DNA of 64,000 bases, from positions 1,302,001 to 1,366,000 of the forward strand of contig JAYWIR010000007.1 of NCBI GenBank assembly GCA_036172245.1, read 5' to 3'. The position numbers and the translations under genes were made by a program. Source of the stretch: Raillietiella orientalis (Eukaryota). Below are positions 49,101 to 62,500 of the stretch, one piece after another. Position 1 is the first letter of the stretch. Each line of letters begins with the position of its first letter. Under the pieces are notes generated by a model. It searched no databases. It saw nothing but the letters and a program-made list of their open reading frames with translations, and was not told the origin of the DNA.

Positions 49101-50870
49101 AACCAGATTTTGTAGAAGCGCAGACTGGCAAGGACACGCTCTGGAGGCGGCGGCAAGCCGGGGGGGGGGGGGGTTAAACTGCACGGATTCACGAGCCACG
49201 CGCTTCCCTGAACAAATAGCGCGGTCGACTCGAAGGCAAAGGAGGCTGGCCGAGTCCGCAAAGTTGGCCGGCTGATTGGATTTGTCTGTCGAGCCGTTCT
49301 CAACCTGGCAAAAAAAGAGGAAGATCAGGGAGCAGCCGCTGCTGATGCGCTCTTGCACGTTTCTCACACCGCCTTGAGAAACGCTTCCATGCTTTCTGCC
49401 ACGTGACCACTGGGTAATGGCGAAATCATTGCCTACGCAAAAAAAAAGAAAAAAATGGATTGAGCGTCGTTGAAATACAATGAGAACGCACACCATTCAC
49501 CACTGGTCCACAACAAGAAGCTGTTCCATGAGCTGCACGTAAAAATGCTTTGATCCAGTGGCACCAGGGTGCAGCCATGCCGAAGAAAAGGGCGAATAAA
49601 CACCAGCATTCGTGTCGGATAACAAACGTTTCGCATGCAGCGCGCCCTCCAGATGCAGGGCTCTATGAGGCGTGCAGATTCTTTTGGATGGTCAGGATCA
49701 CAGTGTGCTGGAAGAAGCCGTTCTTTGCAGGAGGGAAAGGGGGATACTGCTGGGACAAAACAGGTAGGTGTCGGAACCAATCGAAGGGGAAGGCTCTCTG
49801 GAGGGACGGGGCGAGAATTGTCCTCGCGCAGGACTCCTTCCCTTTCCTTCCTCTCTACCTCCTGCCCAGGCCTCCTCCTGGGAGGAAGAGGAAGGCGCAT
49901 TTTCAAGGAAGCACAGTTTTTAAACCTCTTCCTTTCCTCCTCCTCCTCCTCCACTACCAGTGTTTCGCCACCTTTGGGGAAAAACCTGCTGACACTTGAA
50001 AGAGCAGCCAAGATGCGCCAATGGGTGCTGCCAGGGATCCATGGTTTCTTCTTAGCTCTCTGCCGGATGGGGAGGCGACGGTCTGAGACGAACGGCGGCC
50101 GGCCGGTCGGATGCGGCAGCGAGGACGTGCGTCGTCGTCAGGGCAGACTGGAGCCGCGGGGTCCTTCCCCCCACCGTCGCCAGCTGGACGATGGCTCGCT
50201 ACCGGCACGCTCCGGACCCGCCTTTCCAACCTCGCCTCGGGCAAGAAAGCCGTCGCAGCCGCAGGCGGAGGGTGAGCACAGCACGCGCGACGGAGCCTGG
50301 AGCGCACAGCAAGGCTGCTAGGGCAGTGTGGAGTCTTTCCCCGCCCTGATCGACCGGCTCACCGCGACGGCTCGGCCAGTACGGTTTCTCTCGGCTGTGG
50401 AGAAAGCCGACGAGGAAGGGGAGGGGGGGGGAGAATCCCCGTCCCTCTACCCTCCTCCCAAAGGGAAGGAGTGCTTATGATCCTTCTTACCCAGGAGAGG
50501 AGAGAATTTTTCCTCACCTCTCCTGGGTATGCCATGGTGACGGTGCATCGAAGGACAGGAGTAACCAGCCACCCGTGAGAATCTCCCCCAATGGATTTCC
50601 TGCTGTGATCAGCCCACATGTACGCTATTGGGAAACCGACCACGCGCTTTCAGACGAGGAACTCCATGGCGACCGGACGCGTGCCGCCGCCGACCCTCAG
50701 GCGGCTCTGAGCTTGCGCGAATGAAACGCAAGGGAGCGCTGGTTGTCGGGACGTTTCTATTCACAGCCTCCGCGAGCGCGGTTCCTCCCGCTCGGACGAC
50801 GACGTCACGTGACGCGGTGTGGTGCAGGTCGAGAAAAGGAGGGTGGAGTGGGGGTATTCCCTTCTCTCGG

Positions 50871-53800
50871 TCAGTGAAAGACAATCGGGGAAACGTTTGA
50901 CGGTTTGAAGTGCCTGGAAAGGAAACCACCGGTAGCGCCGCAGTGCGGCAAATAAGAAGCGGGGATGGGGTGAAGGAGGACGAAAAGGCTTACGAGTAAG
51001 ATGAGTCCGGGACTCCAATGACCAGAACGAGGTTCGACTTCATCCGGAGTTTCCAGAGGCCCCTATGGTGGCCTCTGGCATCGAGGTCCCAGATGCGGAG
51101 GCACTTGGCAAACTGCTTCCAGGAGTCCAGGTCCTTCGGGGAGTCCATTTTGATGAATACGAGGAAGGTGCGCTCCTTCTGGAGAGCCAAAAAAAAAAGG
51201 GTTAATTGGGAGGGAGATCGGAGAGGAGGCCGGGAGAGGAGAAAGATGCACTGTCGTCGGAAGGGATCCCGGGCGGGGGAGGAAGGAAGAAGGGGTTAGC
51301 GCTCACCAGGTGCCCTCCGCCTTCGGGAATGAAGTCCTCGTCGCAAGGTGATGCGCTATGGTTGAGGGGCACGCCCCCACGTATCAGCGCCTCCAACTTC
51401 CTCTCGTAGGCGTCCCTCTTCAGCCTGGCCAGGAAAGGGGGAGGCGGAAGGCAGAAAAGGGATGAGGGCGCGCTTCGGGAGCGTGGCGAGGAGCTCACCC
51501 GTCCACGTCCTTCAGCACCACGTAGGGGAGCGTGCTGAAGGCGTGCCTCTTGAAGTAAGCGTACTGGAAGAACGAGTTCATGTTGAGACCCAGAGACCCG
51601 AAGTGGTAGGTCCGAGACACTTCCGGCACGACGCACTCCCGGTTCCTACGCACCTCTGGAGACCGCAGCCACATGTCCCAGTCCCACGGCTGCAGGGAAG
51701 GAGGAAAGAGCTCCCTCTAGCGCCTGCCCCCTCCTCGCCCCTTCCTGAAGCTCACCCTATCGGGAGTGGGCCAGCGCTTCTCGAGCTCCTCTTTGTAGAG
51801 GTCCCTGCTCACGGCCCAGCCTAGCCCGGGCATGGTCCCCACGCGCAGGAGCTCGGACGGGTCATCGCTAGTGTGCTCGTAGCCCTGGTCGTTCCACGCA
51901 GATACGCAGTACAGCGAGGGGTCGTCGGTCAGCAGGTGAATGGTCTGGCTGAAGAAGGAGAAAAAGTCCGGGGACACGTCGAGGTCCTCCTCGAGGACGA
52001 TGGCGTACCGCGCGTGCTGGAAGGGGAGAAGGAGAGAGGAAGCTGACGAAGGCGTGGAGCAACAAGTCGCACACTTACGGGGAAGGCGTCGAAAACGGCG
52101 GTGAGAGACGTCTTGTAGTGCTGGGCGATGCGGGCATTGCCGGCGCCGCCTACGGGCACATGCTGCACGCCGCGGACACCCAGTAGCCGTGCCACCTGCA
52201 TCGGCTCTTCGTAAAACCCATCTACAAAGACCGTCACCATCTCGCGGTTGACAGACCCGGCAGAGAGCAGCGACCGCAGGGTCCTGGAATGCACGTTTGG
52301 TCGGTCGTCGGTCGGCTGGGAGCGGAGGCAGGGAAAAAGACGAGGTGGGAGAGGCGTACGGTCTCACCTGTACAGATAGTGAGGCCGGTTGCTGGCGATG
52401 ACGCAGACAGGGACGTCGGTCACATTGCTCGCCGGAAGCTGCAAGAGCCACAGATTGCGGGGAGAAAACAAGGGGGAGGAAAGACGGGGGTGGGATCGCC
52501 TCTCACTTGTGCAGGGTGGAGGTCCAAGGGCGCAGGGTTGGTGCAACTGCATACGCTTCCGTAGCCTTCCACGCGGCTGCAGAACTGTTTCCTCCTCCTA
52601 TCTTCCTCCGAGTTCGACCACTTGCAGGGAAGCTCTACAGGGTAAAAGGGTGAAGGATAAGAACCACGTTCGATGAGGAGGTAATAGCAGGTGGAAACAG
52701 GAAGGTAAACGGACCTTCTCCGGGAAACAGGGTCGCAGAGACGTCCAGGGTGGCTGGCTCGGCCCATGAGTTGAGGTCGGAATTTTGGCTGCGGACCTCG
52801 CCAAGCAGTGATGCTCTTCCTCCCTTCACGACTGCCATGGACCACATATCCCTCCACCCCAAGGCCTCTGCTTGGATGCTGCCCAGCTTCCGTAGAAAAG
52901 TTCGGGCTGCTTCCCGCAGCTGGAAAGTGCCCTCGTCCTGAAAAAGGCACCGTCGTCCTGCCCTCTCCGATCGAATGCACCTGGATGGCGAAGAGGAGGA
53001 TCCTGCCGTCGGACACCATGCTTAGAAAGAGAGTCATGGCCTCGTCTTCGTGCGGTGCGTAGGTGTCGAAGACACGCCGCGCCATGACAGCACCATTTCC
53101 CTGGTTCAGAACCACCACGTGGATACCGCGGTCCTTCCGACTGCTGCTATCTACCACCTTTTCCGAGCTTCGACCCTTTTCCCTCCAAGCAGAGCTGCCG
53201 AGTGCTCACCACGGTCCTGTCGACGGTTATGGAGACCTTCAGGCGGCTGGACACGACCCTGATGGAGATGTTCCTCGCAGGCGGGACCCCGAAGAGCTTC
53301 CAGTAGCCCACCAGCCTTCTTCCCTCTTCTACGAAGGGAGCCGTGAAGAGTGGAGGTGAGTGGTGGATGTCCCTCCCCCACGAACGCGGATAGGAAGGTG
53401 AGAGGAAAGTTTCGTTTCCGACACGCTTTCAGAAGATTCTGTTTCGCTACTGCAGACTCCCCCTCCCCTCTCCGTTCCTGAACACCGGAAACGAGACGAG
53501 GGCTCTGTTTCCAGCATCCGAGGGAGACTCCTGGACCTCTTCTCTGATGCAGCAGCTATCCGCATTAGCAAGATACTTCGGGAGGGTTTCGTCACGCGTA
53601 GGTCGCAAGCAAAGTCATAGGACACGGGAAGAACGCTGAGAGAGGAGGTGGGATGGGGAGCCACGGGAGTGGTCATGAGGAGGGAAGGAACTCCCGACAG
53701 ATGGGCACCGAACGGGGAGGCGCTTCTGAGAGGATCTTCGAAATGAAAGAGTCCCGAGACATGGGAAGGGGGCTCGTCGTTATCGCGCAGTAAGAAAAGC

Positions 53801-56800
53801 AGCTGGACATCATGATGGTCTCCGCCGCGAAAGCGCCACACCAGAATCCTGAGATCTTGAGCGGCCCGTCCCGAGGGAGCACCATCTAGTAGCGAGGTCA
53901 CCTACGAGGTCATGCCACGCCTCTTCCCCCTGTTTCAGACGGGAGAAGGGAAAAGCTCGTGGCGGTCGTAGAGGAGTCGACAAACAGATCTTGAGATCTT
54001 CCGCGTCTCTCCCTCCTTCCGGGATCGCCTCTTCGTTATGGCAACGGCGTCCGGATGCGAACTTGGCTGCGATCCGTACTCCGTGCCCTTTTGCGTAGGC
54101 CCCACTGGGCTGGAGAGCATCTTTTTCCTCCATGAGGGCGCCGTGAACACTCGAGGAGCCGAGAGCAACCCGAGTGAACAGGCCATGTCTTGAGGCACCA
54201 GCCTTGCAGGCCGGAGAGGATGGAACCAACGCGCGCAACTCGCCCTCAACCCTTCCTCCCGGAAGCGGCGATGCTCGACGAAAACTCCGTTTCGGCGCCT
54301 CAAATGAGAATGATGGGAAAACCAGGAGCAAACCTTTTTCTCTCCCCACTTCTGCCGATGGCGGCGCGGAGTTCGATGACGCAGAGAGAGAGGCAGCGTG
54401 CTTGGGGACGGACGAGCCCCACCCGATGCGCGCGGAGAGTTCGTCGCAGCCTGCTGTCAACGCTCGGCGCCTTCGGCCGTTCCCTCGAAAGCCTCAATCG
54501 CCAACGAAGGACGCCTCACGAAAATGGGCCACACGGACTTTCATCGAGAGGTCGTTCTCCACTCCTTCCTCCGCGCTTCTACTCCTCCCCCATCTCCCAA
54601 TGCCGGAGGGAGAGGGGGGATGGGAGGGGTGGCGGGGGAGAATCACGCTCCTCCCCAACTAGGCTCTTAACGCATCATCCGCGTATTCCCGGGAAACCAG
54701 ACCAAACGGGACCAGCTGAATTCAGCTGCTGCCGGGGCCGCTTCTTGCTCAAAGGCGTAGAGAGACGTGCGTACGGCATGGAGATTCCGACGGGAGAGAA
54801 GCAAACTGGGGATGTTCCACAGGGCGCGCATCCGAGCTTACTGCTCAAAGCGAGGAAGGCAACTGACGTCACAAGGCGCAGCCCGCGGTTTCCCACCTGT
54901 GAGATTCAATAATGCCGAGGCTGTGCTATTTTTGACTTTTTTGTACGTCTCAACAATAGAAGGCCCGAGGCCGAGAGAGGGAGGGAGCAAAAATATTTTT
55001 GGTTTCCGAGAGTCTAAAAACAAAAGAGGGGGGGGGGGAGGAAATGGCGGGAGTCTCCCCGAAAGGAAAATGCGAATTTTCCGGACGGAGTGCTCTTTGA
55101 AAGCTCCGAGTGGGTGCGAAAAAAGTCCTCGGGATGAGGGGGACCGACGAAGCAATCCGACACGACAAACGAGCTCGTCACGTCGATGCGCGTTCGCATC
55201 ATCGCCGGGATGGAGCCGCAGCGATACTAATTGGGCCAAAAAACGGAGCGAACGCGGAAGATTCGAGAGCACGGGCTCCAGGGCAGCCTCCGAGAGGGGC
55301 TACCGCCCAGGCTCCCTGCACCGCGTGACTCAGGAGAGACGTAAACAAAGCCTGCAGCACGTGACCTTTTCCTGCACCACAGAGCTCAAAGGAGGAAAAG
55401 ACGTCGCACATAAATCGACCCATATCTGTATGCCCATGGAAAGTTTACACGGTGAGTCTCACAGATTCATCAGACATTCGAGCAAGCAGGAAACAATAAG
55501 CAATAACGACAGATGTGCGGAACACGAAGAGAAAGAAGAGCTCGCGAGCAGAGAGAGCCGCATTGCGGGCGATGCCGTCGGCACGTCCTCAAAAATCAGT
55601 GGTGCCAGGAAAGAAATACATACGTATCTACGAATTTATTCACTTGGAAAACGTGAATTCTTAATCTCAAGCAGCACACAGGAACGAGTTGCTGCTCGCC
55701 CAGGGTAATAAGAACTTGCGGTGTTCGACAGAAATGAAATCGAATGCTGCGACCTCCCAGTGTGAACGTCCTCGAGCAACTCCCTGTTCCCCCCCCCCCC
55801 GCGCGCGCCCCATCCCTGCGTATTCTCCGTTCTGGGGTTTCGTACCCTCCACTGAGTGTTCCGATGGCAAACAAGGGTGCACTTCGAATCCCGTGCGAGT
55901 GCCCGCAGCTCCGCATCCTCGTTTCCTTAGCTCACGCATTCCTCAGATGCAAACATCCTACTTTCGCATTTGCCTTCTCCTGATCCGATGCTTTTCGGAC
56001 CTGTCCTCGGTGGACGGGAAAGGCTTCAAGCGTTTTGCAGTTTCGTTTCATACCACGCACGTAAAGGAGGGAGCGCGCGGGGGCAGTTCGAAGTTGTCCC
56101 AAGAAGATCGCTTCCCTGAGAACCTGTGAGCAAACAACGACGGAAAACCTTCCCGATTCCGAGTCGAATCCTTCGCCCCCATCTTCTTCCTATTATTTCC
56201 ACACCTACAGTTTTCTTGACCTTCAAAGATTTACAGTCATCTCGGACTCTTCTCGGTGATCCTTCAGCTTTGTTCCCTTGAAATAGGAACAAAAATCTCA
56301 TGCTTTTCGACAAAAGCCACAAGGAATGTGTGTGTGTGTGTGTGTTTTAAGAGATGCTTTTCATAAAGAAGGGATTCTTTATACATTCTTCACAGCTTTC
56401 TTTTGGAGATGTCACTGCATCTGCACCTGCGGTTCTTCGCACCGCAAAAAGCCTCCTTGGAACGGCAATTCTCAATTTCCGATGATTTTTCGCAGAGCAC
56501 CGACTCACCTTTTCGTTGTTCGTTTACGGCAAATCTCGGAAGGCGTGTGAAAAAAAATTGGCCGCGTATCGACTCCAACGAATAAAAACATACGCGCGCA
56601 AACACAACTTCATTAAAGGACAACGTCCTTTGTTTGTTTGTTTGTTTTTCGAATTCCATAATGAAGAATTTCAACGCCAGTGGCGATGAAAATAGATTAA
56701 AAAGACGAAACCATTCACGCTGCGAAACCGAACATTAGAAGGGAGATGCGATCAGGGTTGCCACCCAAGCGTTCAATCTCCTACCTGATGCAGCCACTAC

Positions 56801-59517
56801 GAATTTTCGCATCTGGGCAGAGACCAGCTATGAGCAAAAGATCCGAGCAGACCGACTGCATTATACCTTCCCATGAACTTCGAGGAAATCCTTCCTCCGT
56901 CGCGAATTGGATGAAAAACCCAAGAAGGAAGTTCCACGGTGGTTTTTTTTTTTTTTTTCATGGTTTTCTGCGATTTCTCTTCTTTTTTTTTTCCTTCCTT
57001 CTTTTTCCTCAAATGCTAATGCACAGGCATGCGACCCCCCCCCCCCACACACACACACACACACGCACGCGCGCGCACACATACACACTATAAATTCAAC
57101 ACGTGCACTTGTTAATTCCAACAAAAAAGGAAAAGTATGAAGCACGTCAGCTGCCAAAGATACGCCACGGCGTTCACCACGAAATGCACATTCGTGGATT
57201 TCGTCGAAATCAAGACGATGCCGGTCGGCACTCTTAATTAAGAGCATCCTCCCCCGCACAGGAACCGTGGCATCCAAGGCAACGATTCAAACTTCTCTCG
57301 GATTTCTGTCTCCCGCCATTTCAGCTACCCATCCGCAGCTTCGATTTTACCCAAACTGCGGATGGATTTGCTTCTCGAGTGTATCATCGCATCCATCTCG
57401 AAAATTCGCGTAGCAATTTGTCGAAAGTCATTTCGTTGAAAAGCCTATTCCGGAATTTATCGATCGTAAGTCTGTCTAAGAGTTGAAGGACAAAAAATAA
57501 TCACGGCATCCCAAGAGGTGGTCGATGCCCACCGCAACTTTCAGCTTCGAGTGGAAAGGAACGGACGGGAACGGCTGCTTTCAAAAGCGTCCATGAAAGC
57601 AAAGAAAAAGAGGAAAACGCAGAAATCCGTGGGCAAGCTCACGCTCTCAAGATGGGATCCGTTAACACGTCACGAGCAGCTACTTTACATTTTCGAGAAG
57701 CATCGAAGGGTATAAGAAAAAACACAGATGGGGCCGTGTACGGTGTTCTTTCGATCCTTCTTACATCTCCACTTTACTCATCTTAGCTTCGATCCCAATC
57801 CACGCAACACAATTTATGACAATTCGCAAAACAGATGAACGGGACATCAACACCACAAGTTTTTTCATTAAAAGTCCATTTCATTCTTTAGATTCAAGCA
57901 ATCTTTTTTGGGGGGACTCTCAACAGGGTCCCAAAAGGCACTAGAAGCTTAGCATCATGATATCATTACAACTGATCATGCTTATCCTGTTACAGGGACA
58001 TCGGCATCATGGATCCTATACCTTTTTCAACAGTTTCGACAGTCCCAATATCCCCGTATAACTTCGGATCCTTTCCTATCATAAATACCAAATTCATACC
58101 CATGATTACTAGAAGGGTGACGACCAGTATGCCCTAGAACATTAAATGTTTCGCAAAATCATTAAATATGAAACAACAAGAAATCTAAAAACAATTCATT
58201 CTTATGAAAAAAAATAAAAATGAAACCACAAATCCAGTTTCTAAAGAAATCCCCGATATGCATATGTTGAAATTCAGGAAAAGAGATGTCGAGTTCTGGG
58301 GTTGAGTTTACGCAAAGATATTTCTGCACGCCTCCAAGAAGGCAGAGGAAAAAGAAAGAAAGAAAGAAAGACACACAGCATGTTCTCTCGGCGGCAAAGG
58401 ATGGTGTTCAGTGCCGGCTCAGGCACTCATCTGAATATGCGACAAGAGAAACCTGCGTAGTCCCAGTATGCATCCAATCTTCTAAACGGAGGAGCACTAG
58501 CCCTTTCGGAATAATAAGGAACTCGGAAAAGCGTGAATGCAAGCTCCGAGGATTTAATGCAAAGAAGAAGAAGAAAAAAAAAGGCAGGGAAGAGCCAATG
58601 ACGTGAAATAATATGCATAACGATTTAATGCAAGTATGGATACTTTGATTCGATTTATTTAAAGCAACCAGCATTAGCTTTTCAGATTCGAGGTACGCAG
58701 AATTAATTTAGCTACAACGCGACGTCTCGGCCACGTTTTGATGAAGATGAATACGTCAGATAGGGATAAAAGCAGAACCAGTTTTTTTCTTTCCTCTTCT
58801 GGATGCCCGAGGAACATTCCATTTAATCCGAGTCTTATAAATTATAACCCGCGCAATCAAGGTTGAACGCTTCAAAATTTCGCGGAGTTATTTTCGTAAC
58901 AACCTCATCGGAAAGTATTTGGCAACCCTGCCTGAATACGTTAATTTAACCCTGGTTTCAAATTAGATTACTTAAAACATTGCCCTTTGACTGGGATGGC
59001 TTGTGTGCTCTTCACGGGGTCTGCTTTTGCTTATATTCTCAAGAAACCCATTGGACTCCGTCTTACGTGGAGAGAGCTTTGCCGTTTGCTACCGCTACCT
59101 ATGGAAGAACCCAGTTGCAAGTGTAACTGATTAACTGGAACCGCCTTGGTGATTCCCTTTGACAGAAGCGAAATGCTGCTGAAAGGATGATTCCCTGTTC
59201 CCGGTGATATCCTACTACCGACTTCCGAAATTCGGATCCGTTTCGAAACTTCGGCCGTATCAAGATAAACGTTCCGTGCAGTTACGCCGACAGAATTGAT
59301 AAGCAAAATCGTTGCCAACTCGCAAAGCATCAAAAGAGAATGCGTGCGTGTTTGTGCGTGTGCCATATCAGACTGATCCTGATGTACATTAAATCACATT
59401 TCTATTTGCGCTCACCTCACACAATTTCCGCAGTATCCTGAGGGAGCCGGAACGCCTTCTTCTGACGAATGTGACGAAAGGCCTGAGGACATACTGCTGA
59501 TGTTTCTGTCCACCCAT
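50871..59517 (-). CDS. POMGNT1: Protein O-linked mannose beta-1,2-N-acetylglucosaminyltransferase 1 (GT13). Exons 59517-59416, 58133-58022, 53328-53210, 53157-52981, 52937-52715, 52634-52507, 52438-52368, 52283-52079, 52016-51756, 51689-51499, 51424-51307, 51178-50994, 50913-50871; ~644 aa
   Basis: Colinear with recalled vertebrate POMGNT1. Basic cytoplasmic tail ...LRILRKLCE, transmembrane exon [20 protein letters not shown], stem [10 protein letters not shown]...[49 protein letters not shown], catalytic VLEEDLD...[13 protein letters not shown]...[34 protein letters not shown], and terminal [12 protein letters not shown]. All 12 introns are GT-AG with matching phases. The two 5'-most exons are less certain than the 11 clustered ones. 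Confidence 0.92.
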
Positions 59518-62500
59518 GATTGTGCAGGAGATAACCAGACAGAGAACATTGCAGTTTTACGGCTGAAAACACAGAGAAATAACAAACATGCCGAAAGTTC
59601 CGTCTCCGAGGACCTTGTAGATGAGAAAAGCATGCACACTCCGCTGTGGACAGACGGTGAGCCAAAACAAAAAAAAAAAAATTGCTGTTGGTAATAAAGA
59701 AAAAGAAAAAAAAAATCCATTTCGAAAACCGAATTGGAAATCAAAGTTTGGAGAGACTGAGAAATACATTGGATGATGGCGAGTGGGAAAAGCATAAGAA
59801 GGTTTGACGTCTGATGAGAGGTACTCGATCAGACATTAATTCTCGTGTAAACCCTGGCAACAGCCTCCCATGGATTATTCTCGTTGTTCTCACGTACGCT
59901 CGCACCCCCTCGTGTATGCCGTTTCCTTCCGGATGGAAGCTGTGGATTTGCATCCAAGAGTTTTTTAAATCCCGCTCAGTCGTTGCAATTTACAACAGCG
60001 TGGACAATCGAAAAATCATGCTTCATGTTTGCTATGCCTCTTTTCCGGGAGGATCTTCTTTCTGTTTTTGTATATACGGACAGGGGGAATTCTCTCGAGT
60101 TGCGCTTTGCAAATCCCTGCTTTGCAAACCTCGCACAGACCTTCTGACCAAGGAAACGATCTGCGCTCGTGCAATCTAATTTCTTCCTAAGATGATTTAC
60201 TATCTCAGCTTGCTTCGAACGCTGGATCCCTGTGTGATCAACCAATTATTCAATACTCCATAAATCGAAGTTAAACTCATTACTGGACGCTCGTTTCTCA
60301 TCTCAAAGCTCACGGTTCAATTAGCGTGTGCTTAAGCCACAGAATTTTCAATGCCACCGTTTGCGAATACCAGGCAGGTTAGCATCATTTTCGCTCACAT
60401 ATACTCTCATAGAGAAGCAAATCAGTGCGAATTCCAAAACGAGTTGTTGCTGAATTCGAACGCGTGAGACGGGCGCTTTCCGATGCGTGAGCGCTCCATT
60501 TCCCTTACCTGTTCTTGAAGGTTTACGACAACGGCCCTGCCACTTGCAAGGCTCAAGTCATCCGATGAGAAAATGTCCCACGGGCATCCACATCGAACAG
60601 TGCGTTCAGTGTGTTACAGTCAGTGAGCGGAATAATGGCCTAAGTGTGAGTACAAAAAGACCGAGAAACGCAGCGGTCCAAACCACGAGAGCATCGTCGA
60701 ATGCCAATGATCAGAGCACGCTGGAAGATCAGCGTCCGGATCAAGAGACGCGGGCAAAGAGCCTTCTTGCTTGCCAATCGCATGTCTTCTCGGAAAGCCC
60801 GAACCAGGCAACGACCGGGAAACTGAAACTTTCATCGAAAGCTTGCTGGGGCGTTGCGAATTGTGTGTGCGTGTTTTCCCTTCCTCTTCCTTAGAAAACA
60901 CCAGATAAGAAACAAAGACTGCACATGACTGCTGGGAGAGTCTCAAAAAGAGGAAGGTGAAACAGAGGAAAAGGCATCTATGTACAGTTCCACTTATTGC
61001 ATCTTGAGCAATCGCATTCTCAAACAGCACATAACTAATACATCTAACTAACACGATTGAAGGGCGACCTCGAATGCGACAAGGTGGCACCCTACTCATT
61101 TCCAGAAACCATCTATCAGAAATGCGAGGAAGACAGACATCGCACCGCCATTCCAGTTCGGAAAGAAATGCAACAGTTGACCAGGTCCCCAAGGCAAATT
61201 CGAACGAGCACTGGTGCTGCTGGTTTCCGCAGCTCCAGGGCTCAAAGGGCGCTTTTCAGGCGGGCTACGACGGTGGTGCTCTGCTTCGGTGAACTTCGGA
61301 GACAACCGGGTGCTGGAGTTGGAACGGGACGCCTACTTCTCCGGTTTGTCCCGTGTGTCAGGACTGCACGCATTTCGAGCACTCGCATTTGCTGCTGCAT
61401 TCGGGACGCAGCAAGGAGGGTCTCCCGTTCCGGTTTTAGTGACGTCACGGACCTGGAGGATTGCGCAATTTTTCAAACCCAGCAGCGAAACGAAATTATA
61501 TAAAATTGGAAGGGAGGCATTGGGAGGCATTCGCATTCTGTTTCTCTAGCATCAGCTAACACCAGCACGTCGCTACCTTACCCTGAGACAAGCCGGTTAG
61601 AGATATGGCAGCTAGGACTTTACCTTCCGGTCACGAGGAGGCAAGAAGAAATGAATAATCCCAGCATCAACGAGGACATGTGTTAATCGCCCGAAAATAG
61701 CTACGAACCACACTAGAAAATGACAACACGCTTGGCATCCTACCAGGAACAAAAATTCCTGTGCCGAAGGGGGGGGGGAGCTCTGCCCTGCTTCTCGAGT
61801 CACAAACACCACGAATGCTTCGCACAGCAAAAGCTAAACTGCCGCTCGGAGTTGACGAATCGGCGAAGACAATCAAATGGAGAATCGTCCAGATCGCAGG
61901 ATCCCAGGTATGGCACACGTGCGGTGGGGAATCTCCTTCCTCACCACTTCCCTGCCTCCCCTAATCTCCCACGATTCAAAACGGTGCTCGCAGATACGCG
62001 GACTCTGAAACTCTGGACCATTCGAGCATGCCCAACCGATAACTGTGCGAGGCGCAACCCCAAGCATTTCGTGGGGATTCCGCCCAAGGAGATTGAACTT
62101 GCTTTTATGAACCACCGTCAACAGCAGGAGCGGCAGGAGCAACGGCAACACACCAACACTATCCATTCACCTTTATGCATGCATACAGGCGAACAGATGG
62201 TGCTGGAAGTGTAACCTAAAGTTACGCTGGAAACTCTTTTAGGGATTCCTCGTTACGACTGCGTTGAACCCGTTCACCGGCTTCAACACAGTCGACAATT
62301 CATGACTTTCGAGAAGATGCTTTGTGGATCAAAAAAGCGCTCCCACGTGAAGATTTACTAGTTCTTCGCGTGAAGTCTTTCTGCGTAGTAGAATTTTATC
62401 TTTTTTTCCATCCGCTTTGCTTTCTCAAAGGATGCTCAGCGAAAATGCACGTGGTGATTCTCGAAATGAGGTTTCGTTGAGAGAGAAAACGTCAACGCGG

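Noticed and set aside
53400..55708. Long ORFs in the large POMGNT1 intron (53329-53901, 53810-54460, 54767-55708)
   Set aside because: No domain signatures or consistent splice model; a nested gene or TE remnant cannot be supported.
59031..59366. Minus-strand ORF with a hydrophobic stretch ([18 protein letters not shown]...YLDT) as the POMGNT1 transmembrane exon
   Set aside because: 58133-58022 gives a better hydrophobic helix with the conserved Asn, clean splice sites and the correct phases (0 in, 1 out).
60480..62220. Coding-looking + strand stretches (61057-61503, 61214-61549, 61720-62214)
   Set aside because: No recognisable homology and no coherent exon chain.
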